Below are positions 9,120 through 19,737 of a stretch of DNA of 52,669 bases, piece by piece; within the stretch, counting starts at the first letter, position 1, and every line of letters starts with the position of its first letter. A program made the translations under genes and the position numbers. Source of the DNA: Thermoplasmata archaeon (GTDB lineage Archaea > Thermoplasmatota > Thermoplasmata > Lutacidiplasmatales > JAMCUS01); assembly GCA_049966015.1 (NCBI GenBank), contig JBMFVL010000003.1, positions 1-52,669 of the forward strand. Direction: 5' to 3'. Under the pieces are notes generated by a model. It had not been told where the DNA came from. It searched no databases and saw only the letters and a program-made list of their open reading frames with translations.

Positions 9120-9953
9120 TCATTCACAAAAAGATATGTTTGGCGTTTGGGGTATCAATTTATGGTTATGTGCTATTTCCATCATGCCTATAATGGATCT
9201 TTTCCCCAGTTCACCTAGTTCAGAAGTGTATTTGTTTACGTACATATCCACAAAATCAGACAATATTTTATTGTCAATTCCCCTTCCATAACCAGATGCG
9301 AATTTTAATGCCTCTTCCCTGTTGTTATTGCTGTACTCTATTCCCTCTTTGAACAGTTCCAGTACAACTTTTTTGTCTTCCCCCAAGTCTTTTTTGACTA
9401 CATCAAGGCCCAGCGGGAGAAGCAGGTTGGTTTCTTTTTTCCACCATTTACCGAGGTCTTCTACCATGTAAAAGCCTTGTTTAGAATAGGTTAGCTGCCC
9501 TTCATGGATCAATACACCTGCATCGACTGATCCTTTCTTAACGGCATCCATAATCTGGTCAAATGGCATATAGACTGGTTTGAATTCAGAAGACATGTAA
9601 ATGGAGAAGGTTAAGGAAGCACTTGTATACTTTCCTGGTAATGCAATCCTTTTACCCTTCAAATCCTCTTTGGAGTATTCTTTTGACGAAATTACTATGG
9701 GGCCATAATTATCCCCCATACTTGCACCATATTTTAGGATTTCATATTCGTTTTGGATATAAGGCATTGTAGCAGTAGATACAGCTGTAACATCCAACTT
9801 GCCTTCCATCGTAAGGGAATTCAATGATTCTATATCTTTGAGCACTTGATGTACTTTGAAACCATCTTTTTTCACTTTTCCAGTAACGATACCATATAGC
9901 ATGTACGCATCATCTGGGTCGGGGCTATGTCCCCAAAAAATATTTTTAGGCAT
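9120..9953 (-). CDS. mqnD: 1,4-dihydroxy-6-naphthoate synthase (futalosine menaquinone pathway)
   Basis: GHSPDPDD, GASMG.NYGP, IHEGQLTY, DLGKWW, LPLG and MYVN motifs. Confidence 0.9.
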   Translation of the reverse strand: MPKNIFWGHSPDPDDAYMLYGIVTGKVKKDGFKVHQVLKDIESLNSLTMEGKLDVTAVSTATMPYIQNEYEILKYGASMGDNYGPIVISSKEYSKEDLKGKRIALPGKYTSASLTFSIYMSSEFKPVYMPFDQIMDAVKKGSVDAGVLIHEGQLTYSKQGFYMVEDLGKWWKKETNLLLPLGLDVVKKDLGEDKKVVLELFKEGIEYSNNNREEALKFASGYGRGIDNKILSDFVDMYVNKYTSELGELGKRSIIGMMEIAHNHKLIPQTPNISFCE

Positions 9954-10065
9954 AATACTATTATGCTTTTATCCATTATATATTTTTACATTTTGAAAAA
10001 AGTTTTGCGCTATATACCATCTCAAAAATCCCGAAAAACATTAAAAAGGTTAAAAAAAGGGTAGA

Positions 10066-12792
10066 TCAGTTTTTCTTTACTTCTTCTTTTGGCTTTCCTT
10101 TGAATATCTTTTTTCTGAGCTTTTCTGATATTGCTAGCATGAGTAATATAACTATTATCGCCAAAAATACAATTGATACCGCTATAAAATCGAACTCAAC
10201 AGTGCTTGTAAATGATGGATTGATCGATGAGAAAGATATTTTTTCGTTCATGCTTGAGGTTAATGTTACATTGGTTGTTATTTGCTGGTATTCAGGAGTA
10301 AAGTCATACGTACCGCTGTAGGTTGCAATGATTTGGTATTTCCCGACTGGCAGCCTGATAACGACTGTTCCGTTGGAGGGAGTAATACCAGAAGAAAACA
10401 GCTGGTCATTCATGTAAACTTCTATGAAAACGTTATTTAACATGCTCCCATCATTTTTTGTGGCAGTAATGGTCAGATAGAATATATTCAAATGTAACGT
10501 TATATTTTCATTTGATGAAACATTGAATGTGCCGTTGTAAACAGGAATACCTTTCCACACAGAACTTACATCATAGGTTCCCAAAGGCAGGATTACATGG
10601 GTCTGCCCTATATTGTTGGTGGTAGTATTTATAACGAAATTGCTGCTGTTAGAATATCTCAGCTGTAGGTGGGAATTACCTACTGGAATGCCTTTTACAT
10701 CCACACCTGTCAAGTTCACCATATACATTTTCAAATGCAAGGTTATTGCAATACTAGAGGATATATTTATGTAGGCTGTACTTACGGGAATATTGAAATA
10801 GAACGTTTTAACCATATAGGAACCACCTGCTAACAGATAAGAGGATTGCCCCGTGCTATTGGTAACAAGGCTTGTTATTAGGGTATTGCTTTGGTATATA
10901 GAAATTTCTGCATTGCTTACGGCATTGTTCATGGAGTCAACTGCTTTGAAATATACTGTGTACAGGGAAGCGGTAATGATATAGGGATTGGACGCACTTG
11001 GAATAGATATCGAAATGTCAGCCACCATGGAAGTTTTCCATAATACCTGGACTTCGAAATCCCCAGATGGAACCCTTACTGTTGAACTTCCATTTATATC
11101 TGTATAATTGAATGCGAGGATTATTCCTGTGGTTTTGTTCAAAACTAAGATATCTGCCAGATTCAGAGGTATTCCGTTGGGCTCTTTAACTATGAACGTT
11201 TGGTAATACACAGAGGTTATTACAGGGATATTGACATTTGAGTTGACACTCACATTTCCATTGAATACAATGCTATCATGCCATATTATAGTAAAGGAGT
11301 AATTTCCTATTGGAACTTGGTATAAAGATATTGTTCCACTATTGTTTGTTATCATGAGAGGATAATGATAGCTGTTGGGGGATACTATATAGACCAGTGC
11401 ACTGCCCAGGGGTATATTTTTTTGATCCTGGATTACAAAATTAGGATAATAAACCTCGGTTATAAAGGTAAAATTGGTGTTATTTTGGGTCACGTTCATA
11501 ACAAAACTTCCAACGTTTATGCCTTCATAATAAACAAAGACGTTGTAAGTAGTATTACCCACCAGGTAAAAACCAGCGTTACCTGTTGAGTTGGTAGTGT
11601 TGCCGATTATAAAAGAATTTCCTGCATACACTTTAACAGTTGAATTTACAAGTGCCTTACCTTTGCTATCCAATATTTTTGTTTCAACATTAATGGGTTT
11701 TGCACCTATCCAGAAATAGGATAACCCGTATGCATTCCTTCCATAGTAACCAGTTCCTGTGCTCTGCCCGTACAGGTTATGGTAGGTATTGTCCGTAGAA
11801 TTGATCAAAATTTCATATGCACCTGGTAATAATCCCGAATAATTGAATTCTATATAATAAGACTGGTTGTAATTATCATATGAAAGCTTTCCAACTGCCT
11901 TCATTTTTCCATTGAAAAATACATTTGTGCTGTTCTTTATTTCATAATTAACAGACCAGTTAACAAAATCATAAGTTCCTAATGGATCGGTTATATTGGT
12001 AACGATTTTAACAGTTTTGTTAGCATATGTTCCTAGAAATGTGTTTGTTGGCTTACCTGCGTAATTGTACAGAGTAATGTTTTGTATGTTGAGATAAGTA
12101 CTTGCTGGCAGATTAAGCTGGCTATAGTAGTAAGTGTTGCTAACAATTCCCCACCAGATACCGTAGTAATTGCTTGAAGAACCGGATAAAGATATTGTCA
12201 TTTCAAGACTATCATTGGCAGGGATGGTTGTACTTATTTTGGAACCGAAAGGTATCGCATTGTAATTAGGGATGGTTCCTGATTTTACATTAGACAGGGA
12301 ATATGCTGCTGATGTCCCTATCAGCGTTGTTCCACCAGAGGGAGTTAACGTATACAGAGAATAAGTTATCGACCCCCCGCTTGTTGTGCTACCTGTCTGG
12401 TTTACATATAATCCAAGCATTGGACTACCGTTTATTTCCAGCGGCCCTTTGAGCTGCGGTGCTACGATAAAGGATACTGTTATGTAGTGCAGAGCCTGAT
12501 CCACTTCCCCTGTTTTTGCATATGATACATTGGTATCGTTTATTGTGTTAAGGACTTCTAAAGTAGGGGTTGTTCCTACATAAATTGGCTTTGTGGTGTT
12601 ATGTAAGTAAAGGGTCAGGTTGGTCGGTGTTGGTTCAGGGCCTGTATAGGGGGTTGCACTTACATTTTGCGTAGAATATATAAATAAGCCAGAAGATATT
12701 AGCAGTATCATAGATATAACTTTAAATGTATTTTTAATCATGCTTTTAATATTATGCGTATAATATTTATAGTTTATGGAAATATTTTTCAT
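10066..12792 (-). CDS. Secreted, membrane-anchored surface glycoprotein with tandem carboxypeptidase-regulatory-like (Ig-like) repeats
   Basis: Signal peptide; about 80-aa repeats (D..G.PL..A.V....TN..G...LP.G.Y.V.V.W); many NxS/T sequons; C-terminal TM plus basic tail. Confidence 0.8.
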   Translation of the reverse strand: MKNISINYKYYTHNIKSMIKNTFKVISMILLISSGLFIYSTQNVSATPYTGPEPTPTNLTLYLHNTTKPIYVGTTPTLEVLNTINDTNVSYAKTGEVDQALHYITVSFIVAPQLKGPLEINGSPMLGLYVNQTGSTTSGGSITYSLYTLTPSGGTTLIGTSAAYSLSNVKSGTIPNYNAIPFGSKISTTIPANDSLEMTISLSGSSSNYYGIWWGIVSNTYYYSQLNLPASTYLNIQNITLYNYAGKPTNTFLGTYANKTVKIVTNITDPLGTYDFVNWSVNYEIKNSTNVFFNGKMKAVGKLSYDNYNQSYYIEFNYSGLLPGAYEILINSTDNTYHNLYGQSTGTGYYGRNAYGLSYFWIGAKPINVETKILDSKGKALVNSTVKVYAGNSFIIGNTTNSTGNAGFYLVGNTTYNVFVYYEGINVGSFVMNVTQNNTNFTFITEVYYPNFVIQDQKNIPLGSALVYIVSPNSYHYPLMITNNSGTISLYQVPIGNYSFTIIWHDSIVFNGNVSVNSNVNIPVITSVYYQTFIVKEPNGIPLNLADILVLNKTTGIILAFNYTDINGSSTVRVPSGDFEVQVLWKTSMVADISISIPSASNPYIITASLYTVYFKAVDSMNNAVSNAEISIYQSNTLITSLVTNSTGQSSYLLAGGSYMVKTFYFNIPVSTAYINISSSIAITLHLKMYMVNLTGVDVKGIPVGNSHLQLRYSNSSNFVINTTTNNIGQTHVILPLGTYDVSSVWKGIPVYNGTFNVSSNENITLHLNIFYLTITATKNDGSMLNNVFIEVYMNDQLFSSGITPSNGTVVIRLPVGKYQIIATYSGTYDFTPEYQQITTNVTLTSSMNEKISFSSINPSFTSTVEFDFIAVSIVFLAIIVILLMLAISEKLRKKIFKGKPKEEVKKN

Positions 12793-12873
12793 TGCTTTTT
12801 TTCAAACAGATTTGTAGAGTATCATTAATATAAAAGATATAAATAGTGTAACCTTCATTTATTATATATAAAT

Positions 12874-15800
12874 ATGGCGTATAACAAATTTAAGGGTAGG
12901 GGAAGGCATATTTTTCTTTTTATTATTGCCTTCCTTCTTTTTGCTTTGACACCTGCTTCATCTGATGTCGTGGTTATTTATATGTCAAACGGTTCTGTTT
13001 ATAGCCAGCTGCCTGTTATACTCAACAACGGCACCATAGGCACTGCGCAATTCAACAGTATACACACCTATGCCAATGTATCAATACATCCTTCTACATA
13101 CTGGACTTTAACATGTGATTCTAAAGGGGGTCTTGCAGCGGCAATGTGGAATGGGTCTACCTTTTACCTTCCTCCCAATGGGACTTACTGGAGATCACTT
13201 TCAAATAGCCTGGTATATACAAATTCGCAGGGATATGTAGTAGGTATTGCTGCTTCTTATTTTGCTAATTTGATTGTTGAATTGCTTTCCGACGGCATTG
13301 TGCTGTACAGCCATTACAACAGTGTATGGCAAATAGCTTCTAAACTTCCTTATGGGAATTATACTTCGCTTTCATACACTCTAGGATCGTCCAAAAATGC
13401 TTCATCCATACCCTATTTTTTTGCCTTGGAATCCAATGGGACAGTGTATTACGCTAAAGCTTCATCGCTTTCATCATGGTCAATTTACTTGAACGGAATT
13501 TCTGGCATGTTTAATATGGTTTCATTGAGTTCCAATTCAGGAGGCAATTTATATTCCCTTTCTACCAGTGGAAATGTATATTCCTCTACTGGAAATACCA
13601 AATGGATTTACAAAGGGAACACAGGCAGGGGCAATGAAAGAAGCATAGTATATACCCCTAAAACGAAGGGGCAGGAAGTGGTGATTTTAAATGAATACGG
13701 GAAACCTGTGCTTTTGTCTTTGAATGGAGGAAAAGCATATACACCAGTTACAGGGGATCTTCCTGCTGGTGTATGGGTTGGTATGGTGGATAACTATTAC
13801 CTTAATGGAACAAACTATTACATCGCCATGGATTCCCAGGGAATGCTGTATGTTATTTCCTTTACAAGGTATGTAGCCTTAACCTCTGATTCTGATGGGG
13901 ATATTTTTGCACTTTCCAATACAGGAAATGTTTATGAACTTACATCTGGTTCAACGATATGGAACTTTCTGGGGAATGCAATAACTTCTTCGGGATATAA
14001 CCTTGCCACCACAGGGTTTGCTGTTGGAATCGCTGCAAGTTACAAATATTACTCGGATATTGTTGTTTTGACCTCTAACGGTTACGTCTTTGCATATCCC
14101 TATGCTGCCCCCTGGTCTTTGGCAATAACCCTTAATGGTGTGAATTTCACCTCTCTAACATATCCTGTAGGTTCATTTAATAACGGTAGTTTTAATTCTA
14201 ACCCTTCTTTTTTTGCAATGGAAAGCAATGGAACGGTATATGATATTTACAATTTCTTTGGATGGGGGGCAGGTTTATTCTTAACCTCTACCAACTCTAC
14301 CGATATGGTTTCTGTTGTTTCTAATTCAGGTGGGGATCTGATGGCCCTCAACTACTCTGGTGGATTGTATAGATACTATGAATCATCAACCTCAACAAGA
14401 TTGCAGTATGTGGGTGCTGTGGGGGAATATGGTATGGTGGGGATATCCTATCTTTACGGAAGTGGGGACAGGGTATACGATATACTTCCTGCTAATGGAG
14501 GGCAGAGAGCTTTTGTAACCTACAACGGTGGTATTACCTCATCTCCTTTTGGTAATCCATTGCCTTCCGGTTCTTATACATCGATTGTTAATTCAACCTC
14601 AATCTATGCAGCATATGGAACGTTTCATCATCTTGCAGCTTTGGAACCGAATGGAACCATATATGTGTACACCCGTTACCAGTGGAGTTTCCTTACAGGA
14701 GGAAATGTTGTTTCTTCACCTAGTGTCTGGAACGGCATTTTATATGTCGGGTCCAACGATGGTAATCTGTATGCCCTTTATGCTAACAATGGCACGATGT
14801 TATGGTCTTACCCTACAGGTACTGCCATCGTAGATAAGCCTTTGGTCTACAACGGCAATGTGTATTTCGGGTCCAATACATTGTATGCACTCAATGCCTC
14901 TACGGGATCCCTGGTATGGTCATTCAAATTTCCACCAGGCCAGAAGGCAGGTAATGTGGAATCTTCACCTGCAGAATACGGTGGCAATATATATTTCGGG
15001 GACGATAACAACTATGTTTATGATGTGAATTATAGCAATGGAAACGTTGTATGGTATGCCCAGACCAAGGGCTCCGTGCAAGCTTCTCCTACAGTAGGGA
15101 TTGTCAACAATATAGCGATGGTTTTCATAGGTTCTGACGACAATAATATGTATGCATACACGGCACTTTTGAATGCACCTTTACCACGGGGTCCAGGAGG
15201 ACTTGCACCTTTATGGACCTTCAACAGTGGTGCGCAGATTCACACTAAAGCCTTGCTGTACAATGGCAATATTTACTTTGGAAACAACAACAACAATCTT
15301 TATGATTTGGTTGCATCAACCGGGACTCAAACATTGAAACCCTATGGCCTGGGAGGAAATGTATACTCTTCACCTGTAGAATTTAATGGAAATATTTACA
15401 TTGGGTCCAATGCACCCTATTATTATTCGTTGGCTGTGGGTGCAAATGGATACACTAGAAACTGGAGGTTCATGCCTGGAAACAATATATACTCTACTGC
15501 CTATGTTACACCCTACAATGTGTATTTTGGTTCAGATGATGACAGCCTTTACAACTTGAATATTAATAATGGGCTCGTGAACTGGACTTTTACTACATAT
15601 GGGCCTGTAAGGTCCTCGCCTTTGTATTATAACAATATGGTGTTTTTTGGTTCCAATGACCATAATGTTTATGCCCTGAATGTGACCCCGAAATGGGAAA
15701 AGCGCGTTACTGTCCCGTCGTTACCAGTTATGCCGAGTTCACCTGTGCCTTCCTTAAAATGGGTGTACAATACCGGAAATGCTGTGCGTTCTTCTCCCTC

Positions 15801-17091
15801 CATTGCATACGGGAATGTGTACGTTGGATCAAATAGTGGGTATATTTACAGCCTTAATGCAACTTCTGGTTCATTGGTATGGAGTTACAATACTGGTTCT
15901 GCTATTCAATCTTCCCCTGCTGTATCTAATGGAATTGTTTACGTTGGATCCAACAACAATAATTTGTATGCCTTCAATGCAACATTGGGTACATCGCTAT
16001 GGACTTACAACACAAGGGGACAGGTATTTTCATCTCCTGATGTTTCATATGGGCTGGTTTTTGTCGGGTCGTTAAGTAATTCCATATACGCGCTTTATGC
16101 AACAAGTGGAAAATTAGCATGGCAGTACAATACAGGCGGGAAGGTATATTCTTCCCCTATCGTAGTTGGAGGAAATGTATACATTGGCTCCAATAGCGGT
16201 TACATTTACGCCTTCAATGCAACCAGTACAGGACCCGGCCCTAAGAATCCCATCTGGGAATACAATTTTAAAGGTGCTATATACACAAGACCTTGTTATT
16301 ACAACAATTCCATATACGTTTCTGTTAACAAGAATGGGGGGGAAATTTTAGCACTCAATGCATCTACTGGAAGCTTGCAATGGAGCGTATCTATTAACCC
16401 ATCAGGTGTTGCAGGCACTGAATATTCTTCTCCTGTGGTATATGAAGGCAATCTATATGTAGGTTCAGTGGATGGAAATCTCTATGTAATAAACATCTCC
16501 ACCCATGCCATTCTATGGACCTTTGGAACTGGAAATGCTGTTTATTCTACTCCATTGATATATGGGGGAAATGCATATTTCGGCTCTACGGACGATACCT
16601 TTTATGCTGTTAATATATCCAGAGAATCCCTTGTATGGTCATACACCGTTAGCAATACGATTGTGGATTCACCATCAGAATACATCAATCTAATCTATTT
16701 TGGATCCACTAACAATAATGTTTACGCGATAAATAGTGGATATTTACCAAATGCGCCACCCATAAATGATAGCTCATCAGGCATTTTTTTGAACGTTACC
16801 GATTTAGTAGGTTCTTCTTTCAGCATAAATTTACTGCTTTTAAATGTAAAGAATATATCTTTAATACAATACCTGAGTATAAGCATTAATCAAACTTCAA
16901 CCCAGATAACGATAATAAACGGTAACATTGTCAGCTCCTCTGGATCGGGATATCCACTTCCTGGCCATGTAAGTGATTATCTGTTTTTAAATGTATATAA
17001 ATCTCCGGGAATTTCCAATATTGCTTTTGTGGTAATGATAAGATCGGGAGGGGTTATAATAGAGGAGCTTGTGACCTTAAATATATATTGA
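12874..17091 (+). CDS. Large secreted protein with duplicated N-terminal beta-propeller-like domains and about 16 PQQ/BamB-like propeller repeats
   Basis: Signal peptide; repeats of W.Y.TG..V.SSP.V..G.VYVGS....LYALNA.TG. Confidence 0.85.
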   Translation: MAYNKFKGRGRHIFLFIIAFLLFALTPASSDVVVIYMSNGSVYSQLPVILNNGTIGTAQFNSIHTYANVSIHPSTYWTLTCDSKGGLAAAMWNGSTFYLPPNGTYWRSLSNSLVYTNSQGYVVGIAASYFANLIVELLSDGIVLYSHYNSVWQIASKLPYGNYTSLSYTLGSSKNASSIPYFFALESNGTVYYAKASSLSSWSIYLNGISGMFNMVSLSSNSGGNLYSLSTSGNVYSSTGNTKWIYKGNTGRGNERSIVYTPKTKGQEVVILNEYGKPVLLSLNGGKAYTPVTGDLPAGVWVGMVDNYYLNGTNYYIAMDSQGMLYVISFTRYVALTSDSDGDIFALSNTGNVYELTSGSTIWNFLGNAITSSGYNLATTGFAVGIAASYKYYSDIVVLTSNGYVFAYPYAAPWSLAITLNGVNFTSLTYPVGSFNNGSFNSNPSFFAMESNGTVYDIYNFFGWGAGLFLTSTNSTDMVSVVSNSGGDLMALNYSGGLYRYYESSTSTRLQYVGAVGEYGMVGISYLYGSGDRVYDILPANGGQRAFVTYNGGITSSPFGNPLPSGSYTSIVNSTSIYAAYGTFHHLAALEPNGTIYVYTRYQWSFLTGGNVVSSPSVWNGILYVGSNDGNLYALYANNGTMLWSYPTGTAIVDKPLVYNGNVYFGSNTLYALNASTGSLVWSFKFPPGQKAGNVESSPAEYGGNIYFGDDNNYVYDVNYSNGNVVWYAQTKGSVQASPTVGIVNNIAMVFIGSDDNNMYAYTALLNAPLPRGPGGLAPLWTFNSGAQIHTKALLYNGNIYFGNNNNNLYDLVASTGTQTLKPYGLGGNVYSSPVEFNGNIYIGSNAPYYYSLAVGANGYTRNWRFMPGNNIYSTAYVTPYNVYFGSDDDSLYNLNINNGLVNWTFTTYGPVRSSPLYYNNMVFFGSNDHNVYALNVTPKWEKRVTVPSLPVMPSSPVPSLKWVYNTGNAVRSSPSIAYGNVYVGSNSGYIYSLNATSGSLVWSYNTGSAIQSSPAVSNGIVYVGSNNNNLYAFNATLGTSLWTYNTRGQVFSSPDVSYGLVFVGSLSNSIYALYATSGKLAWQYNTGGKVYSSPIVVGGNVYIGSNSGYIYAFNATSTGPGPKNPIWEYNFKGAIYTRPCYYNNSIYVSVNKNGGEILALNASTGSLQWSVSINPSGVAGTEYSSPVVYEGNLYVGSVDGNLYVINISTHAILWTFGTGNAVYSTPLIYGGNAYFGSTDDTFYAVNISRESLVWSYTVSNTIVDSPSEYINLIYFGSTNNNVYAINSGYLPNAPPINDSSSGIFLNVTDLVGSSFSINLLLLNVKNISLIQYLSISINQTSTQITIINGNIVSSSGSGYPLPGHVSDYLFLNVYKSPGISNIAFVVMIRSGGVIIEELVTLNIY
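13100..14670 (+). repeat. Internal tandem duplication (about 260 aa x2) in the 1405-aa protein
   Basis: Paired motifs LTCDSKGG/LTSDSDGD, VGIAASY/VGIAASY, FFALESNGTVY/FFAMESNGTVY and SNSGGNL/SNSGGDL; boundaries approximate. Confidence 0.8.
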
Positions 17092-17136
17092 TTGTATGGA
17101 AATTGATTCAATTAATTTTAAAAGGTTGATGCACCT

Positions 17137-18363
17137 TCAATGCATTTGGTCTAAGTTGCGCTTTATTGCGTCAATGAATTCTTCTGTGTTGACAATGGAT
17201 TTTATCGGAGGTTCTGCAATTTTGGCTACATCTTGCGTTACTATTCTATCATTCTCTATGGTTTTTATCAGGGCTTTTTCAAGATTTTCAGAAAATACCA
17301 CAAGGTCCTGCAAATTGTCAAGTTCACCCCTTCTTTTTAAAGCGCGTGTCCATGCAAATATTAAGGCTGTTGGATTGGACGATACCTTTTCGCCTTTCAT
17401 ATATCTGTAGTAATGCTTTTGCACTGTACCGTGGGCTGCTTCTGATAAATAATAACCCTCCGGGGACAACAGTTCAGATGTCATGAGGGCTAATGTTCCT
17501 ACATACGCCGTTGAAACGAAATCAGAAAATACATCCCCGTCATAATTCTTGCATGCCCATACAAAGCCACCTTCAGACCTTACTACCCTTGCAACTGCAT
17601 CATCTATCAAATAGTAATAGTAATTTATATTAGCTTTTTTGAACTCTTCTTTGAATTCCTTTTCATATATCTCATTGAAAATTTCTTTAAACCTTGCATC
17701 GTAAATCTTGGAAATCGTATCCTTTGTTGCGAACCAAAGGTCTAATTTGTTCATTATCGCATACCTGAAAGTTGCCCTTGCAAACCCCTTGATCGATTGG
17801 TCTATATTGTATATACCCTGCAGCATTCCAGGGCCATTGAATTTAGGGTAAGTTATTTTCTTTTCTTTACCTGTACTGGATTTATAAATAATCTCGGCTG
17901 TACCCGGTTCATCGAATCTCATTCCCACACCATCATAGATATCACCGAAAGCGTGCCTTGCAACTATGATCGGTTTTTTCCAGAATCTAACAGCCGGTTG
18001 TATATTGCTTATGGTTATTGGTGCCCTGAATACGGTTCCATCTAATATTTTTCTTATTGTACCGTTGGGGCTTGACCATTCCTTTTTCAGGTTATATTCT
18101 TTAACACGTTCAGCATTAGGGGTAATGGTTGCGCATTTTACCCCTACTCCCCATTTTTTTACAGCTTCTGCTGATTTCACAGTAACTTCATCATTGGTTT
18201 TGTCCCTGTTCAAAACATGCAGGTCGTAATATTCTGTTCTAAGGTTAATATAAGGCATTAGCAATTTTTCTTTTACCCATGCCCACATAACCCTTGTCAT
18301 TTCATCTCCATCCATTTCGACAATTGGCTTAATCATTTCAATTTTTTCATTCATTGAATTCAC
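17137..18363 (-). CDS. icd: NADP-dependent isocitrate dehydrogenase (eukaryote/Thermotoga-like subfamily)
   Basis: VEMDGDEMTR, VKCATITP, SPNGTIR, ACKNYDGDV and EAAHGTV motifs. Confidence 0.95.
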   Translation of the reverse strand: MNSMNEKIEMIKPIVEMDGDEMTRVMWAWVKEKLLMPYINLRTEYYDLHVLNRDKTNDEVTVKSAEAVKKWGVGVKCATITPNAERVKEYNLKKEWSSPNGTIRKILDGTVFRAPITISNIQPAVRFWKKPIIVARHAFGDIYDGVGMRFDEPGTAEIIYKSSTGKEKKITYPKFNGPGMLQGIYNIDQSIKGFARATFRYAIMNKLDLWFATKDTISKIYDARFKEIFNEIYEKEFKEEFKKANINYYYYLIDDAVARVVRSEGGFVWACKNYDGDVFSDFVSTAYVGTLALMTSELLSPEGYYLSEAAHGTVQKHYYRYMKGEKVSSNPTALIFAWTRALKRRGELDNLQDLVVFSENLEKALIKTIENDRIVTQDVAKIAEPPIKSIVNTEEFIDAIKRNLDQMH

Positions 18364-18620
18364 CTGTTAGATAAAATATAGGAGCATTTATTCCATATAA
18401 ACATATATATTTTCTTACTTTTTTTGTGCCTTTTTTGTGAATATGTTAGTATCATAGTAATTTAGTAAATAGAACGAAAATAGAATAATATGATGTAAAT
18501 ATAATAAAACAATACACCACGGCATGGTATATACTATAAATGGGTTGATTTCCTATGGATATGTCACATTTCTGGAAGTTGTAGGATATTACGGATTTTG
18601 AAAAGTACTATGGTCCCCAT

Positions 18621-19694
18621 CTATTTTATAAAATATCTTTTCGATATTACCCTATCTTGTATTTCATTTGTACCTTCCACTATAGATAAGACTTTTGTAT
18701 CCCTGAACATTCTTCCTGGAAAACTAAAATATCCACAATCGTGTGGGGATAAATTTAAAAGCAAGGAGGATGCTTCAAACGCCTTTTCAGATGAATAGGA
18801 CTTGGCTATTGATGCTTCCACTGCAATGTTCTTTCCTTCATCTTTCTTTTTGGCTAATGCAATGATGTATTCATATGATGTTTCGTACCATCTAACAATA
18901 TCAGATAAGATTTTTTCATACCCCGGAGTAGATGGATCAACGTTGTTCTTTATATAATCTAATATACCTTTAATTGCCCCAGTAGATATCGATGCTATAC
19001 CCATCCTTCCCCCATTCAATGCTTCCATTGCAATTTTGAATCCTTCATTTTCATTTCCAAGGATGTTATTTATGGGCACACTGCACTCATCCAGTATTAT
19101 TTCCATACTTTCTGAGCCGTTTAATCCCATTTTATTTTCTTTATTTCCTATCTTGAATCCTTTGTAGGATTTCTCCACTATAAAAGAGGTAATACTTTTG
19201 TAACTAACTTCATCTTTTTTCTTGGCAAAAATCAAAAATATTGTGGATGCAGAACTGTTGGTTATCCATATTTTCCTTCCATTTATTATGTAATGATCAC
19301 CCTCTTTCCAATATTCCGTAGATATGTTAGTAGCATCACTCCCTGAAGTAGGTTCTGTTAATGCAAATGAACCAATCCATTCACCAGATGCCATTTTGCT
19401 CAAATATTTTTCTTTCTGCTCCTTTGTACCATATACATAGATCGGATAAGCCGATACGGAATTATGTACAGATAATATCACACCTAAAGTTACGGAATAG
19501 GAGGCAATTTCCATCAATGTTTGCACATATTCGATGTTAGAGAACCCAGCACCGTTGTATTCTTTGGGAATCAGCATTCCTAATATTCCATGCTTGGATA
19601 ACAATTTTATAGAATTAAACGGGAAAAAATCCTTTTTATCCATTTCTTTTATTTCGTCAAGTATAGCATTATCAACCAAATTTTCTTTTATCAT
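18621..19694 (-). CDS. Acyl-CoA dehydrogenase family protein with a shortened C-terminal domain
   Basis: FALTEPTSGSDA, NGRKIWITN, KMGL.GS and VEGTNEIQ motifs. Confidence 0.9.
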   Translation of the reverse strand: MIKENLVDNAILDEIKEMDKKDFFPFNSIKLLSKHGILGMLIPKEYNGAGFSNIEYVQTLMEIASYSVTLGVILSVHNSVSAYPIYVYGTKEQKEKYLSKMASGEWIGSFALTEPTSGSDATNISTEYWKEGDHYIINGRKIWITNSSASTIFLIFAKKKDEVSYKSITSFIVEKSYKGFKIGNKENKMGLNGSESMEIILDECSVPINNILGNENEGFKIAMEALNGGRMGIASISTGAIKGILDYIKNNVDPSTPGYEKILSDIVRWYETSYEYIIALAKKKDEGKNIAVEASIAKSYSSEKAFEASSLLLNLSPHDCGYFSFPGRMFRDTKVLSIVEGTNEIQDRVISKRYFIK

Positions 19695-19737
19695 TAATTA
19701 AATAAAGTAAAAGGTTAATAATAATTTTATTGTGCGT

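Noticed and set aside
14680-16740. Regularly spaced DNA-level repeats (about 120-nt period) that might suggest a CRISPR array
   Set aside because: They are degenerate in-frame PQQ-like propeller blades in a long CDS; there are no identical direct repeats and no cas genes.
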